From: Candidatus Marinacidobacterales bacterium
GTDB taxonomy: Bacteria; Acidobacteriota; Vicinamibacteria; Marinacidobacterales; SMYC01
Assembly: GCA_965224085.1 (NCBI GenBank)
Contig: CBDCYI010000005.1
Coordinates: 1,888,001-1,952,000 of the forward strand
Reading direction: 5' to 3'
Length of the DNA: 64,000 nucleotides
This document shows positions 28,522 through 39,918 of the stretch, piece by piece. Each line of letters starts with the position of its first letter. Within the stretch, counting starts at the first letter, position 1. The notes beneath the pieces are model-generated. The model was given only the letters and a program-made list of their open reading frames with translations. It searched no databases and was not told the DNA's origin. The position numbers were made by a program, and so were the translations under genes.

Positions 28522-29315
28522 AGACCTTCGGGAATCTAATGCCGGAATTGGCGCTCTATGCCGCCCTCGAAGGCGTCATTCCTCGTTTCGACGTACTGGT
28601 CATGGATGAAGAACAAGACGTGTTGAACGCGGACACGCTCGAGGTCTTGTCCGAGCTCCTTGAGCATGGCGCAGAGTATGGCCGTTGGTGGCGGTTCCTC
28701 GACTCCAACAACCAAGCGTCGCTATACGGCAAGCTGGACGACACGGTCTTCGATCAATTGAGGGGTGTCGTACACTCTCAATTCCTCACCGTGAACTCTA
28801 GGAACACACGGGAAATCGCCTATCACACAACTCTGATGGCGCAACCGAAACTAGCGAGCCATGGAAGGGTCGGCGGACGTCCTGTAGAGTTCGTTTCGTT
28901 CTCAAGCGGGAAGTCCCTGTTTGGTAAGCTGGACGACATCTTGGTCCAGCCCATGAAACAAGGGGTGTCTGATGGACGTGTCACGGTGCTGCTAGCGCGC
29001 GTCTCGAGGCCAGCCGACGAAAGCAAATTTCGAGAACTCGGCGTGTCCCCGGTCAGAAACGAATCGTTCGATCATATTGGGGCAAGATCGGCTCCGACCT
29101 CGGCCGTAGTATCGCGATTCAAACGGCTAGAGAACGGCGTGATCGTCCTCGTGGGCGTCGAAAACGTCGACGAAGACTGGTGGTGGGCGGTCTGCTACGT
29201 CGGAATGTCTCGGGCGCGCACGCGTCTGCACGTGATTTTGTCGGCCAATTGCGAGGGGATCAGAAAACAACGTTGGGAGGCTCAGCTCGAAAGCGCCTAC
29301 GAAGGAAAGTCGTAG
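28522..29315 (+). pseudogene. SF1 (NERD/UvrD-like) helicase, C-terminal fragment
   Basis: LVMDEEQD, DSNNQ, LTVNSRNTREI, FKRLE, YVGMSRAR; N-terminus removed by the MITE. Confidence 0.75.
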
Positions 29316-29319
29316 CGAA

Positions 29320-31325
29320 GTGGATTCGGTAACAGATGTAAGAGGAACGCTGATCGACTTCGTGCGCGCCGATTTGGTAGGACCTGCACACGGCAGGGAC
29401 GAGGTGATCGAAGATCCGCCGTACGTGAAGTACGCGGCTGGCGTGCTTCCGCAGGAGTCGAAGGTCGACGGATCGGGTTCGGTACGAGGTGTCGAAGCGG
29501 ACGATGGCGAGGACTCGGACGGTGGCTTCGATGACGACATCGTCGAGACCGAAGGAGCCTCGTTACCGGACCAAACCGAGACGCGCGAAGACGGCGAGGT
29601 GTACGACGAAGCCGTCAGACTAGCGAACCAGTACAAACCGTCGGCGATTGCCTTGACGTTCGCTATTCCGGAAGCCGTTCGTCACCTCGACATCGCGATC
29701 ACAGCCGCCGAATACGACGGCGAAACGAGGTCATCGGCGGACGGACGCCGACAAAACAGAGTGTGGAAACGGCGTGAACTATCACTCGATCCCATTCGGT
29801 TGCCTCTGCCTGGTGCATCCATCGAACACCATTCCGTAGCTGATGGGCTCAAATTCTGCCTGCTGGTGAGCGACAAACCAGTTCGCCATATCGTCACCGC
29901 TAGTCTGTACAACGACACGGAAGCTGGCGGCGGCGATACTCGGACGTTCTATCAAGTCGGGTTCTCGGTAAGTTGTGCCGAATCGGGTTGCGAGCTGGTG
30001 GAGTACTCCGATTCAGAGCACGCGATGGCGTTCGACGACGAGGAACTGTCGCTGGAGATGATGTATCGCGATCGCAAGAGTTTCGCCGTGGGCCACGGCT
30101 GCGCGGCAGATTGGGTCGAGGGGGACCGCGGTGGGGCGACATCGGTGCGCACAGAATCTATTCCACGAGTCGTCGTTCCGCCTGTCGAACCTCGATCAGG
30201 AGAGTCTTCCTATCTCAGCATGGAGTTCTTGCAGGGCACCTCGCCGGATCCGGTGAGCGACATACCTCGCGCGCTCGGTGAGCTCTGCGGAAACTATGAA
30301 GCATGGATCGACTCGAAGTCGGAGCAGGCGGTCGAACTGCCTGCAAAGTACGAGGGCGTCGCAGCTTCCAACTTGACGTTGTGCCGACTTGCCGTCGACC
30401 GAATACGTCGTGGTGTGGACACGATCGCTGCGGATGAGATCGCGATGGAAGCGTTCAAGCTTGCAAATCGAGCGATCCTTATGCAGCAACATCACTCTCG
30501 ATTGCCGGTGCACAAGATCGATGGTGATCCGGTGAATTTCCACGGATGGACGGACTACGAAAGTGACTGGGTGAGACAGCGTGGATACTGGCGGACCTTC
30601 CAGCTCGCGTTCGTGTTGATGGTCATACCGGGACTCGTCGATGAGACCGATTGGATACGTTTGGACGACGAGGACATTGCCACTCGCGACCTCGTCGATC
30701 TGATTTGGTTTCCAACGGGCGGTGGCAAGACGGAGGCTTATCTCGGATTGAGTGCTTTCCTCATCTTCCTGACACGACTTCGAAACCCGAGCCGCACAGG
30801 GTGTAACGTCCTCATGCGATACACGTTGCGACTGCTGACCAGTCAACAGTTCCAACGCGCAGCGTCGCTCATCTGCGCCTGTGAATTGATCCGGGCGAAG
30901 GACCCCGATCGATTCGGCGTGGAACCGATTTCGATCGGCTTATGGGTCGGCAAGTCGCTGACACCGAACGACGAGAAGGCCGCTCAGAGCGCTGTGCGAA
31001 GCCTCATGAAGCAGGGGGAGTTAGGGCGGGCCGCGACGTTCGTAAAAGCAGACATCCCCGAGTTTCTGCCTACCATGCATCGTCGTTACGGCCTATCGAA
31101 AGACGATGACCCGGACCGCCGACGATACATGCACACTTCTGAAGAGCTCACGAGCCGTAGAAACGAGGATGAAATTCCAAAGATACTCGCCCGGCTCGAA
31201 CAACGTTACAGCCACACGGGTCGATACGAGTCGCAGGCGCTCGATACTGTGTTGGCGACCAACATGATATCGGTTGGTATAGACGTCGAGCGACTCGGTC
31301 TGATGATAGCCGTGGAACATTTCAA
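29320..31325 (+). pseudogene. drmA: DISARM DrmA-like helicase, internally deleted and truncated
   Basis: DLVGP, FAVGHGCAADW, WRTFQLAF, LIWFPTGGGKTEAYLGL, MRYTLRLLTSQQFQRA, IGLWVG, EELTSR, LATNMISVGIDV; Walker B region absent. Confidence 0.8.
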
Positions 31326-31865
31326 GTGAACAACCACCGCCTAGAAGGCGGTGGCTTCAAGGGCTGTCAATTGGAAATTGACTGTCGTCGTGAAGAGGCT
31401 CGCCATCCTGGGAGTCTATGTACTCCTTTACCATCTCGTCCGTTATGCTTCCTGAACTCACCGCCAGATATCCTCGGGCCCAGAAGTGCCGGCCCCAAAA
31501 CTTCTTCCTCAGGTGAGCAAACTCCTGAAGGAGTACTCGGGAGCTTATTCCTTTTAGCCACTGCACGATCGTACTCAGGTCCTGGTGTGGTCGGTAGGAT
31601 ACGAACACGTGGACGTGGTCGCGTGCAACCTTACCCGAGATTATGTGCAGCTCATGTTCCATCGCGATCTGACGAATCAGATCGCGCACACGAACCGCTA
31701 CTGGACCGATCAAAACCTTTTTACGGTATTTCGGTATCCAAACGATGTGCGCTTTTAGGTCCGTTTTCGTGTGCGCTCCGTGCCTGTAGTGACGCACGCG
31801 ACCACAATACCACGATCTTCTCTTCGCCTAAAGGCGAGGGGTTTCGACCATCCCCGGAAGAGACA
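31326..31865 (-). mobile_element. tnpA: IS200/IS605-family element, tnpA only (CDS 31357-31797), tandem unit 1
   Basis: HIVWIPKYRKK, DHVH (HUH), LKGISS, FWARGY..YI..Q; terminal hairpins ACCGCCTAGAAGGCGGT and TCGCCTAAAGGCGA. Confidence 0.95.
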
Positions 31866-32405
31866 GTGAACAACCACCGCCTAGAAGGCGGTGGCTTCAA
31901 GGGCTGTCAATTGGAAATTGACTGTCGTCGTGAAGAGGCTCGCCATCCTGGGAGTCTATGTACTCCTTTACCATCTCGTCCGTTATGCTTCCTGAACTCA
32001 CCGCCAGATATCCTCGGGCCCAGAAGTGCCGGCCCCAAAACTTCTTCCTCAGGTGAGCAAACTCCTGAAGGAGTACTCGGGAGCTTATTCCTTTTAGCCA
32101 CTGCACGATCCTACTCAGGTCCTGGTGTGGTCGGTAGGATACGAACACGTGGACGTGGTCGCGTGCAACCTTACCCGAGATTATGTGCAGCTCATGTTCC
32201 ATCGCGATCTGACGAATCAGATCGCGCACACGAACCGCTACTGGACCGATCAAAACCTTTTTACGATATTTCGGTATCCAAACGATGTGCGCTTTTAGGT
32301 CCGTTTTCGTGTGCGCTCCGTGCCTGTAGTGACGCACGCGACCACAATACCACGATCTTCTCTTCGCCTAAAGGCGAGGGGTTTCGACCATCCCCGGAAG
32401 AGACA
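31866..32405 (-). mobile_element. tnpA: IS200/IS605-family element (CDS 31897-32337), tandem unit 2
   Basis: 540-bp direct repeat of unit 1 with two visible substitutions. Confidence 0.95.
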
Positions 32406-32668
32406 CTAAGAATGGGCTTGACTCGCCCGACCTGCTGGCGCACTACTGATCGACTGGAGAGATTGGAGGGGTATACGATGATGCGGTCACTGCTTCTCGG
32501 CGCGTTGCTCGTATCACCCACGCTTCACAACGGCATCCGTTTTCTACGCCCTTGTGGGCGCGCGGTGCTCTTTCCCGTTCGGTCCCGGCAAAGTCGCTTT
32601 CAGTGGCCCTCTTTTGATACTCTTGGAGCCAGTGCTGAGCGTGGAAACGACATCGAAAAGGAAGTCGA

Positions 32669-33973
32669 ATGAGTGCTATATTGAGCCGATGGTGTTGCCG
32701 GATTTTTATTCTCACATTTGCCGTTTGCCTGTTCCCCCGGTTATCACTGGCAGCTGAAGGGCTGGACAGCGGGGACACCGCGTGGGTCATCGTCTCTTCC
32801 ACGCTGGTGCTGATGATGACGTTGCCGGGGCTGCTCTTGTTTTATGCTGGTCTCGTCCGCTCGGTCAACGTAATTTCCACGTCAATCCATTGTTACGCGA
32901 TTGCATGCCTCGCGTCGGTACTATGGTTCGCTGTCGGTTACAGCCTAGCGTTCGGAGACGGAGGGCAGGCCAACGCCTGGATCGGCGGGCTGGAAAAAGC
33001 GTTTCTCGCCGGTGTCGGTGCCGATGCCTTAGTCGGAACGATCCCGGAGTCGGTCTTCTTCACGTTTCAGATGACATTCATCATCATTACGCTCGGCTTG
33101 ATCGCAGGTGCCTACGCGGAACGGATCAAGTTCGCCCATGTGATGCTGTTTAGCGGCTTATGGGGGATTCTAGTTTACTCGCCGGTGACCCATTGGATAT
33201 GGGGCGGAGGTTTTCTGGCAACGCGCGGCGTGCTCGATTTCGCGGGTGGGCTTGTCGTTCATACCACGGCCGGCGTTTCGGCGATCGTGATCGCCTTGAT
33301 GCTGGGTAAACGGCTCCGTTTTCCGGATAAGCTAACGCCGCCCCATAATCCCATCTTGACCGTGATCGGCGCTTCACTGCTTTGGGTCGGCTGGTCTGGA
33401 TTCAACGCTGGAAGCGCGTTGGCAGCGAACGGCAACGCGGGCCTAGCCTTAGTGGCGACCCTTATTGCGGCCGCCGCCGCTTCTCTCGTGTGGATGGCTC
33501 TGGAGTGGTGCCACTCCGGCAAGCCCAGTCTAATCGCAACGGCAACCGGCACCATAGCGGGACTCGCCACGGTGACGCCGGCAGCGGGTTACGTAGCGCC
33601 TGCCGGGGGCCTTGTTTGCGGGATACTGGGCGGTATCCTTTGCTACTATGCGACCCGGTTTGTCCTGGGCCGATTATTAGTGGACGATTCCCTGGATGTA
33701 TTTGCCGTCCACGGCGTGGGCGGAATACTCGGCACGCTCCTGGTGGCGGTGCTGGGCGCCGAGACGTTTGGCGGATTGGGCCTCGAAAACGGCATCGCTT
33801 CTCAGTTTATCTCTCAAGCGACGGGAGTTGTGGCGGTGGTCGTATGGTCGGCGCTGGCAACCTGGTTGATCGTTCTCCTGACGCGTGCGATGGTCGGACT
33901 CAGGGTCAGTGAGAAGGAGGAAGCCGAAGGTCTCGATTTCGAGTCCCACGGAGAGCGCGGCTACACCTCGTAG
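32669..33973 (+). CDS. amtB: Ammonium transporter
   Basis: DSGDTAW, LFYAGLVR, FQMTF, AERIKF, HWIWGGG, DFAGGLVVH, PHN, GFNAGS, DDSLDVFAVHG. Confidence 0.95.
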   Translation: MSAILSRWCCRIFILTFAVCLFPRLSLAAEGLDSGDTAWVIVSSTLVLMMTLPGLLLFYAGLVRSVNVISTSIHCYAIACLASVLWFAVGYSLAFGDGGQANAWIGGLEKAFLAGVGADALVGTIPESVFFTFQMTFIIITLGLIAGAYAERIKFAHVMLFSGLWGILVYSPVTHWIWGGGFLATRGVLDFAGGLVVHTTAGVSAIVIALMLGKRLRFPDKLTPPHNPILTVIGASLLWVGWSGFNAGSALAANGNAGLALVATLIAAAAASLVWMALEWCHSGKPSLIATATGTIAGLATVTPAAGYVAPAGGLVCGILGGILCYYATRFVLGRLLVDDSLDVFAVHGVGGILGTLLVAVLGAETFGGLGLENGIASQFISQATGVVAVVVWSALATWLIVLLTRAMVGLRVSEKEEAEGLDFESHGERGYTS

Positions 33974-34439
33974 TGGGACCGGTGGGGGAACAGCATAAAA
34001 CAAGGGTGGACTTGCACATTGGGAGGGTAAGCCGCAATGGCTATGCTGCAATCGGCCCGGTTGTCGCTCTCGAGCGGCAGACCTGTCGTCGCCTATATCG
34101 CATGGACGGGTGGAACTAGTCCCCTGGGTCTTTGATTACTATACAAAGTTAGACTTTTAGCCAGCCCATAAGATTCATAAGATTCATGCACTTAGAATGG
34201 TTTCGGCAAGCTCTGCTTTGTCTAGTTGTTTCTGCTACAGGGGACTAGGGAAGGTGCAGCTCTTTCAAGCGAGCGGGAAGTCGACTATGTCTGTCTGCGT
34301 CCGCATCCGGCCGATTTCGCTCTTCACTACGACATCTAGGGCGGAGCAAGTAGCCAGTAGCCGAAAAGTCATCGGCGGGGCACGTTCGTTTAACACAATA
34401 GGTTCGTTTGGACTGCGAATCGAGAGGAGAAATGTGTCC

Positions 34440-35318
34440 ATGTTCGAGAAGTTAAGGCTATACCTAGTGAGTTTTTCTTTGATCCTGGGTTCTCTGAGTA
34501 TCGTCCCTGCGGCTCCGGCGCAAGACTCGATATACTCGTTCGGTGGCGATGCGGCATTTGCGAGCAAGTACATCTGGCGGGGTCAGAGGCTGACGAACGA
34601 CTGGAGTCTCCAGCCGGCCGCGACGGTGGGTATCGGCAACTTCTCGTTCAATGCGTGGGGGAGCTTGGATATCACGGCGGTGAACGAAGGGGATGCGCTT
34701 CCCATACCCGAGAATCCGTTCGCGCCTGATGGTGCAAGCGGCTTGAAGGGTAAGTTTTCAGAGATCGACTACACGTTCTCCTACTCTCATTCGCTCGAGT
34801 CCGTTTCTATCGATGGAGGAGTCATCTTCTATACTTTTCCCGAGCGGTCCGCCTCGCTGCCCTCGACCACTGAGGTATACGCGGGCGTGACGTTCGACAA
34901 CATTATGCTGGCGCCCTCGGGAACGTTTTACATCGACGTCAATGAAACCGGACAGGATGGGGGACGCACGGGTTTCTACTTCCTGCTCGCCGCCGGGCAT
35001 TCCTTCGCCACGAATAGCGATGTGGTCTCGGCCATCGACCTCTCCGCTTCGTTATCCCTGGCCAATAGCGGTTTCGGTGAGTACTACTATGGCGCGTCCG
35101 AAACGGGCATTCACGATTTCAACCTGACGGTGAGTGTTCCGTTCACACTGAACGATGAGTGGTCGGCGAGCGCCTTTGTTTCTTACAGCGCCCTGCTCGG
35201 GGAGTTCCGCTATCTCCAGTATCTAGATCCCCGAGATGTTTACAAGGGTACGGCAGGCGATCCCAAAAACTCAGCCGATACACTCTGGGGCGGAGTCGCC
35301 TTTAGTCTAGCCTTCTAG
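34440..35318 (+). CDS. TorF-like putative porin / outer-membrane beta-barrel
   Basis: Signal peptide, SKYIWRGQ, SLQP, EIDY, YTFP, terminal Phe; the stop codon overlaps the IS630 end. Confidence 0.7.
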   Translation: MFEKLRLYLVSFSLILGSLSIVPAAPAQDSIYSFGGDAAFASKYIWRGQRLTNDWSLQPAATVGIGNFSFNAWGSLDITAVNEGDALPIPENPFAPDGASGLKGKFSEIDYTFSYSHSLESVSIDGGVIFYTFPERSASLPSTTEVYAGVTFDNIMLAPSGTFYIDVNETGQDGGRTGFYFLLAAGHSFATNSDVVSAIDLSASLSLANSGFGEYYYGASETGIHDFNLTVSVPFTLNDEWSASAFVSYSALLGEFRYLQYLDPRDVYKGTAGDPKNSADTLWGGVAFSLAF

Positions 35319-36428
35319 TGGACTGTAACAGCTGAACGTTTAGTAGTTTTGATGCGCCGTGACGGATCGTTGTAGGTCCACTTCACGGGCTTAGGGTCTT
35401 TGTTGTACTTGCGAATGTAGCGCATGATCTTGCGGGTTAGGTCTTTGGTGGAGGTGAACACTCCTCGATGGATCAGGTCGCGCTCGATCTTGGAGAACCA
35501 GAGCTCGACTTTGTTCAGCCAGGAGGAGTAGGTGGGTGTGAAGTGCAATTGGAGTTTCGGATTGGCCTGGAGGAACTCGGTGACCTTGGCAGTTTTGTGG
35601 GCCGAGAGATTGTCGAGGGTGACGTGAATTTCACGCTTTCGCTTGTGGCTCGCAACCAGCTGCTCCAAGAAGGCGACAAACTCCTGGCTGGTATGTCGGC
35701 GGACGGTCTTGCCAAAAACTTCCCCCGTCTTCGTGTCAAAGGCGGCGTAGAGAGAAAGCGTTCCATTCCGGACGTACTCGAAACCGTGTCTTTCGGCCCG
35801 CCCGGGAGACAACGGCAAGATCGGGTCCCGTCGATCCAGGGCTTGGATCGCCGTTTTCTCGTCAATACAAAACACCGCAGCGTGCTGAGGCGGATTCATA
35901 TAGAGACCGATGACATCCGCTGCCTTCTTCTCGAAATCCGGGTCGTTGGACGCTTTGTAATATTCAATTCGGTGTGGCTGTAGACCGTGTTTTTTCCAAG
36001 TACGAGCCACCATCATGTGATGGATTCCCAGTTTCTTCGCAAGTCGGCGCGTGCTCCAGTGAGTCGAGCCGTCGGTCGGGCTCTTTTGAGTCCACGAAAG
36101 AATCCGTGCTTCCATCCGAGGCGTGAGCACCTGAACCGGACGTCCCTCGTGACGCGAGTACAGACCTGCCAGCCGCTCCTCCAAGAATCGGCGCTTCCAC
36201 TTGCTGACAAAAGGCGCCGTGCAGCCTACCCACTGCTGCACCTGCGTGTAGCTCGCACCTTCGTCCAACAAGAGCAACACGCGAGCAATCCGCGCGTCGT
36301 CAGCACGACCGCTACGGCTCGAAACTCGTTTGCCAAGTTCCCTACGTTCCGCTCGAGTCAAAACAACGCTGGTCCTCTCTTGCATGAGAGAAGTATATCA
36401 CTAAATTCTTATTTGTTACAGTCCACTA
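35316..36428 (-). mobile_element. Complete IS630-family element; transposase 35315-36385
   Basis: TIRs TAGTGGACTGTAACA / TGTTACAGTCCACTA; IDEKTAIQALDR, LDNLSAHK, HFTPTYSSWLN. Confidence 0.95.
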
Positions 36429-36562
36429 GTGCATAGTATCGTAAGTCATGTTAATATTGCCATGGTACTTTTCCAGGAGGAAACCCGTGGCCAATCGCTC
36501 CCGCGTCATCGCTTTGAGCGTCAATGACCTCAAAGAGCTCGTGTTTCGGTTCAGCTGGAACA

Positions 36563-36720
36563 TGACAGTCCTGAAGTTAAAATACGCACATGGAAAAAGG
36601 AGCTGTCAAAGGTCGTCGTCGTCACACTGCGGAGCAAAAGGCAGAGCTGTTGCGCCAGCACGTTGCCGAGAAAAAGCCGGTCTCGGAGGTATGCAACGAG
36701 GCAGAAATCCAGCCGAGCCT
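36563..36720 (+). pseudogene. IS3-family orfA N-terminal fragment
   Basis: RRRHTAEQKAELLRQH..KPVSEVCNE HTH from ATG 36590. Confidence 0.6.
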
Positions 36721-36739
36721 TCGCGACGAGCCTTGAAGG

Positions 36740-36843
36740 CAGAGATGAGAGCGGGAACAAACGACGAAATCATGCCGGCATGGTGCTGGCAGACCGGAGA
36801 TTAATCAAGTTTGGTGCGCGCGGATGAATAAATAGAAGGCACA
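36740..36843 (+). repeat. Type-D rve-element end
   Basis: Ends GGATGAATAAATAGAAGGCACA. Confidence 0.85.
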
Positions 36844-37011
36844 GGCATTGGTGTCACCTCGTTCGAATAAGCGAGGATCTCCACGACCGCCTAGGGTCAA
36901 CCCTGGCGTCCAGAACAAATAGGCCGGATATTCGAAAACAGTCGCACGAGCGAGCCCGTCGTGTGCTGGCCAATATCCGTCAATACGCGATCTTCTTTTT
37001 TGCGGATCACA

Positions 37012-37211
37012 GGTCTCCATCATCATTACACTCGACGCGCTGCTTGAGTCCAACCTGCTCGGGACGGCTGCTGGACTTCGCACCAGCTTACACCTCTACC
37101 CCTGAGTAGAGCCGACGCCGGCTCTCAAAACGTCCTACATGAAGACGGCCACAGCGTTCTGGTTGCAGGCAGTTTGCCAATCTCATGCAGCTCAAGTTTA
37201 TGGAAGGGACA
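37012..37211 (+). repeat. Complete 3' non-coding region of an rve element with type-E end
   Basis: GLHHHYTRRAA* followed by ~165 bp homologous to 11010-11134, ending GTTTATGGAAGGGACA. Confidence 0.85.
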
Positions 37212-37233
37212 ACGCACCCAGACCAGCAACAGA

Positions 37234-38655
37234 TTACACGGGCTCGATGCGGACGATGCGAAGCACATTGGTGGCGTCAGGTGTGCCAAAAGGCACCCCG
37301 GCAGTGATGACCACCGTATCGCCCGGCCCAGCGACTTCCTCAAGCGCAGCCGCAGCGACCGCCTTGCGCACCATTTCGTCGAAGTCCCGTACGTCCGCCG
37401 TATGCACGCTGTGTACGCCGTAGGTTAGCGACAGACGCCGTGCGGTTGCAAGTTCGGACGTGACGCCCAGAATCGGCTGCTCAGGGCGCTCGCGGGCGGC
37501 GCGCAACGTCGTCGACCCGGAGGTCGTGTAGGTTACAATGGCGGCGGCGCCGATGGTGTCGGCCACTTGATGGGCCGCCACCGAGATCGCATCCGCAGAG
37601 GTTGCCAGCGGCCGGCGATGGTCGGCGGCCGCAATGTGACGGTGCAGCGGGTCGCGCTCCACCCGTTTAATCACCCGGTCCATGATCTGGACCGTCGCAG
37701 TCGGATAGGCGCCGGCTGCGGTTTCCGCCGACAGCATCACCGCATCCGCGCCGTCGTACACCGCCGTCGCTATGTCCGAGACCTCGGCGCGCGTCGGCAC
37801 CGGCGCCTGGACCATGGACTCCAGCATCTGCGTTGCCACGATCACCGGTTTGCCGGCGTCGCGGCAGGTGCGGATGATGGTCTTCTGCGCGACCGGCACT
37901 TCCTCCGGAGGCATTTCCACGCCGAGATCGCCACGAGCCACCATCACGGCATCGGCGGCAGCGACAATCTCGTCGATACGGTCGAGCGCAGATGGTTTCT
38001 CGACTTTGACCAGAACATGGGCGCGGTTGCCGATCAGCCGGCGCGCCTCGACCACATCCTCCGGGCACTGCACGAAGGACAGGGCGATCCATTCGCAACC
38101 GAGTTCGAGCGCGAATCTCAGATCGACTAGGTCCTTTTCGGTAAGCGGCGAGATCGGCAGCATCACGCCGGGCAGATTGATGCCCTTGCGGTCGCTGAGC
38201 CGGCCGCCGACCAGCACCTGCGTCTCTACTTCTGCATTGGATTTCGAGGTCACATTCAGCCGGAGCCGCCCGTCGTCAAGCAGCATTTCGTCGCCAGGCT
38301 GGACAGCGGCGAAGATCTCCGGATGCGGCACGGAAACCCGAACGGAAGTGCCGGGCCGGTCCGAACGGTCGAGTATGAAACGCCGTCCCGGCTCAAGCTC
38401 GACGCTCCCGCCTTCGAAGACGCCGACGCGAAGCTTGGGTCCCTGCATGTCGGCCATGACGCCTATGGGCCTGAGCGCATCCCGTTCCAACTCGCGCACG
38501 ATCCGATGGCGCCGGGCGTGGTTCTCGGGTTCGCCATGGCTGAAATTGAAGCGGAAGACATCGACCCCTGCCTCGAACAGTGCATTGATGGCCGTTGCAC
38601 TTGAGGTCGCCGGCCCCAGCGTCGCGACGATCTTGGCCCTACGTTTGCGGCGCAT
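37234..38655 (-). CDS. pyk: Pyruvate kinase
   Basis: KIVATLGPA, FRFNFSHG, DMQGPKLR, MVARGDLGVE, ATQMLESM, DGADAVMLSAETA. Confidence 0.97.
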   Translation of the reverse strand: MRRKRRAKIVATLGPATSSATAINALFEAGVDVFRFNFSHGEPENHARRHRIVRELERDALRPIGVMADMQGPKLRVGVFEGGSVELEPGRRFILDRSDRPGTSVRVSVPHPEIFAAVQPGDEMLLDDGRLRLNVTSKSNAEVETQVLVGGRLSDRKGINLPGVMLPISPLTEKDLVDLRFALELGCEWIALSFVQCPEDVVEARRLIGNRAHVLVKVEKPSALDRIDEIVAAADAVMVARGDLGVEMPPEEVPVAQKTIIRTCRDAGKPVIVATQMLESMVQAPVPTRAEVSDIATAVYDGADAVMLSAETAAGAYPTATVQIMDRVIKRVERDPLHRHIAAADHRRPLATSADAISVAAHQVADTIGAAAIVTYTTSGSTTLRAARERPEQPILGVTSELATARRLSLTYGVHSVHTADVRDFDEMVRKAVAAAALEEVAGPGDTVVITAGVPFGTPDATNVLRIVRIEPV

Positions 38656-38798
38656 CGTCTCCGGTGCTCCGCAAAAACTCGATCCGTCGTTGATTCCGCA
38701 GTTTAGACCTGCCAGGATTGGCCGTTTCGCGGCGAGTGGTACGTCATCATGGATCTGAAGATAACACCCTCGGGCCAGACGATTGTAAAGCCCACGGC

Positions 38799-39604
38799 GG
38801 TATTGTCAAATTGAGCTGGTGACTGACAGAATGGTCCAATGAAGACCGATGCGCCAAGCTACCACGGCTATCGATTTCCACCGGAAATCATCAGCCACGC
38901 CGTCTGGCTCTACCACCGATTCTGCGTGAGCTTTCGAAACGTCGAAGAGTTGCTCGCTCAGCGAGGCATCACGGTTTCTTACGAAGCGGTCCGACTGTGG
39001 TGCATTAAGTTCGGGCCGGAATACGCTCGGCGACTGAAGCGTCGGCAGGGTCGTCTCGGTGACACATGGCACCTGGACGAGGTCTTCATAAAGATACAAG
39101 GTGAACGCCAATACCTCTGGCGCGCGGTAGACCAAGATGGTGATGTAATCGATATCCTCGTCCAGCCTCGCCGTGATCAGAAAGCCGCCAAACGATTCTT
39201 CCGCAAGCTGTTGAAAGGGCAAGGCCGTCCGCCCTGGCAGCTGGTCACCGACAAACTGAGAAGCTACAGCGCCGCTCACCGCGAGGTCATGCCGTCCGTC
39301 GTCCACGACACTGACCAGTACAGAAACAACCTAGCCGAAGTCTCGCACGAACCGACGCGACAACGGGAACGACAGATGCGGAAGTTTAAAGCTCCTGGGC
39401 AGGCGCAACGATTCTTGACCGTGCATGGACTCGTGCAAAATCTCTTTCGCGTCGGACGGCATTTGTTGCAAGCGCATCATCATCGGGAGCTACGAGACCG
39501 CGCTTTCATCGTCTGGCAGGAGGTAACCTGTGCCGTCCGATGAGAGCAAAGGAAGTCAGCTCGACGCGATAGGGTTGCTCGCTCAACGTCAACTTGACAA
39601 TACC
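38799..39604 (+). mobile_element. Complete IS6-family element; transposase 38839-39543
   Basis: TIRs GGTATTGTCAA / TTGACAATACC; YRFPPEII..WHLDEV..YLWRAVD..TDKL..NNLAEVSH. Confidence 0.95.
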
Positions 39605-39894
39605 AGCATACTCCATGCTGCAATGTTCCTGGAGCGCTTGAACATTGATTCCTTTCGCGCTGATCTGGGAGAGTGAAGGCCCATTAGGTAGTGGGACGAA
39701 GGGTTCTTCAGTGTACGCCACATGCCCACTGGAGACTGCCGGGTGGCTTTCGATTTGACAGAGAGCAACACGTAACGCTCGCATACTCATACCATCGCCC
39801 CTTCTACACCGACCGGCCTTTGCCTGCTTCAGCTCCTGGTTGACCCACCCCTACGCGACGGGACTGCACGGAGCGACTTCCACATCGGTCGAGG

Positions 39895-39918
39895 GGTGCT
39901 TCCGCCATCAAGTGTTGG
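39895..39918. repeat. Isolated IS1-type terminal repeat
   Basis: GGTGCTTCCGCCATCAAGTGTTGG. Confidence 0.8.

Noticed and set aside
31326-32672. 448-aa ORF with an internal duplication
   Set aside because: It is the antisense read-through of the tandem IS200 units.
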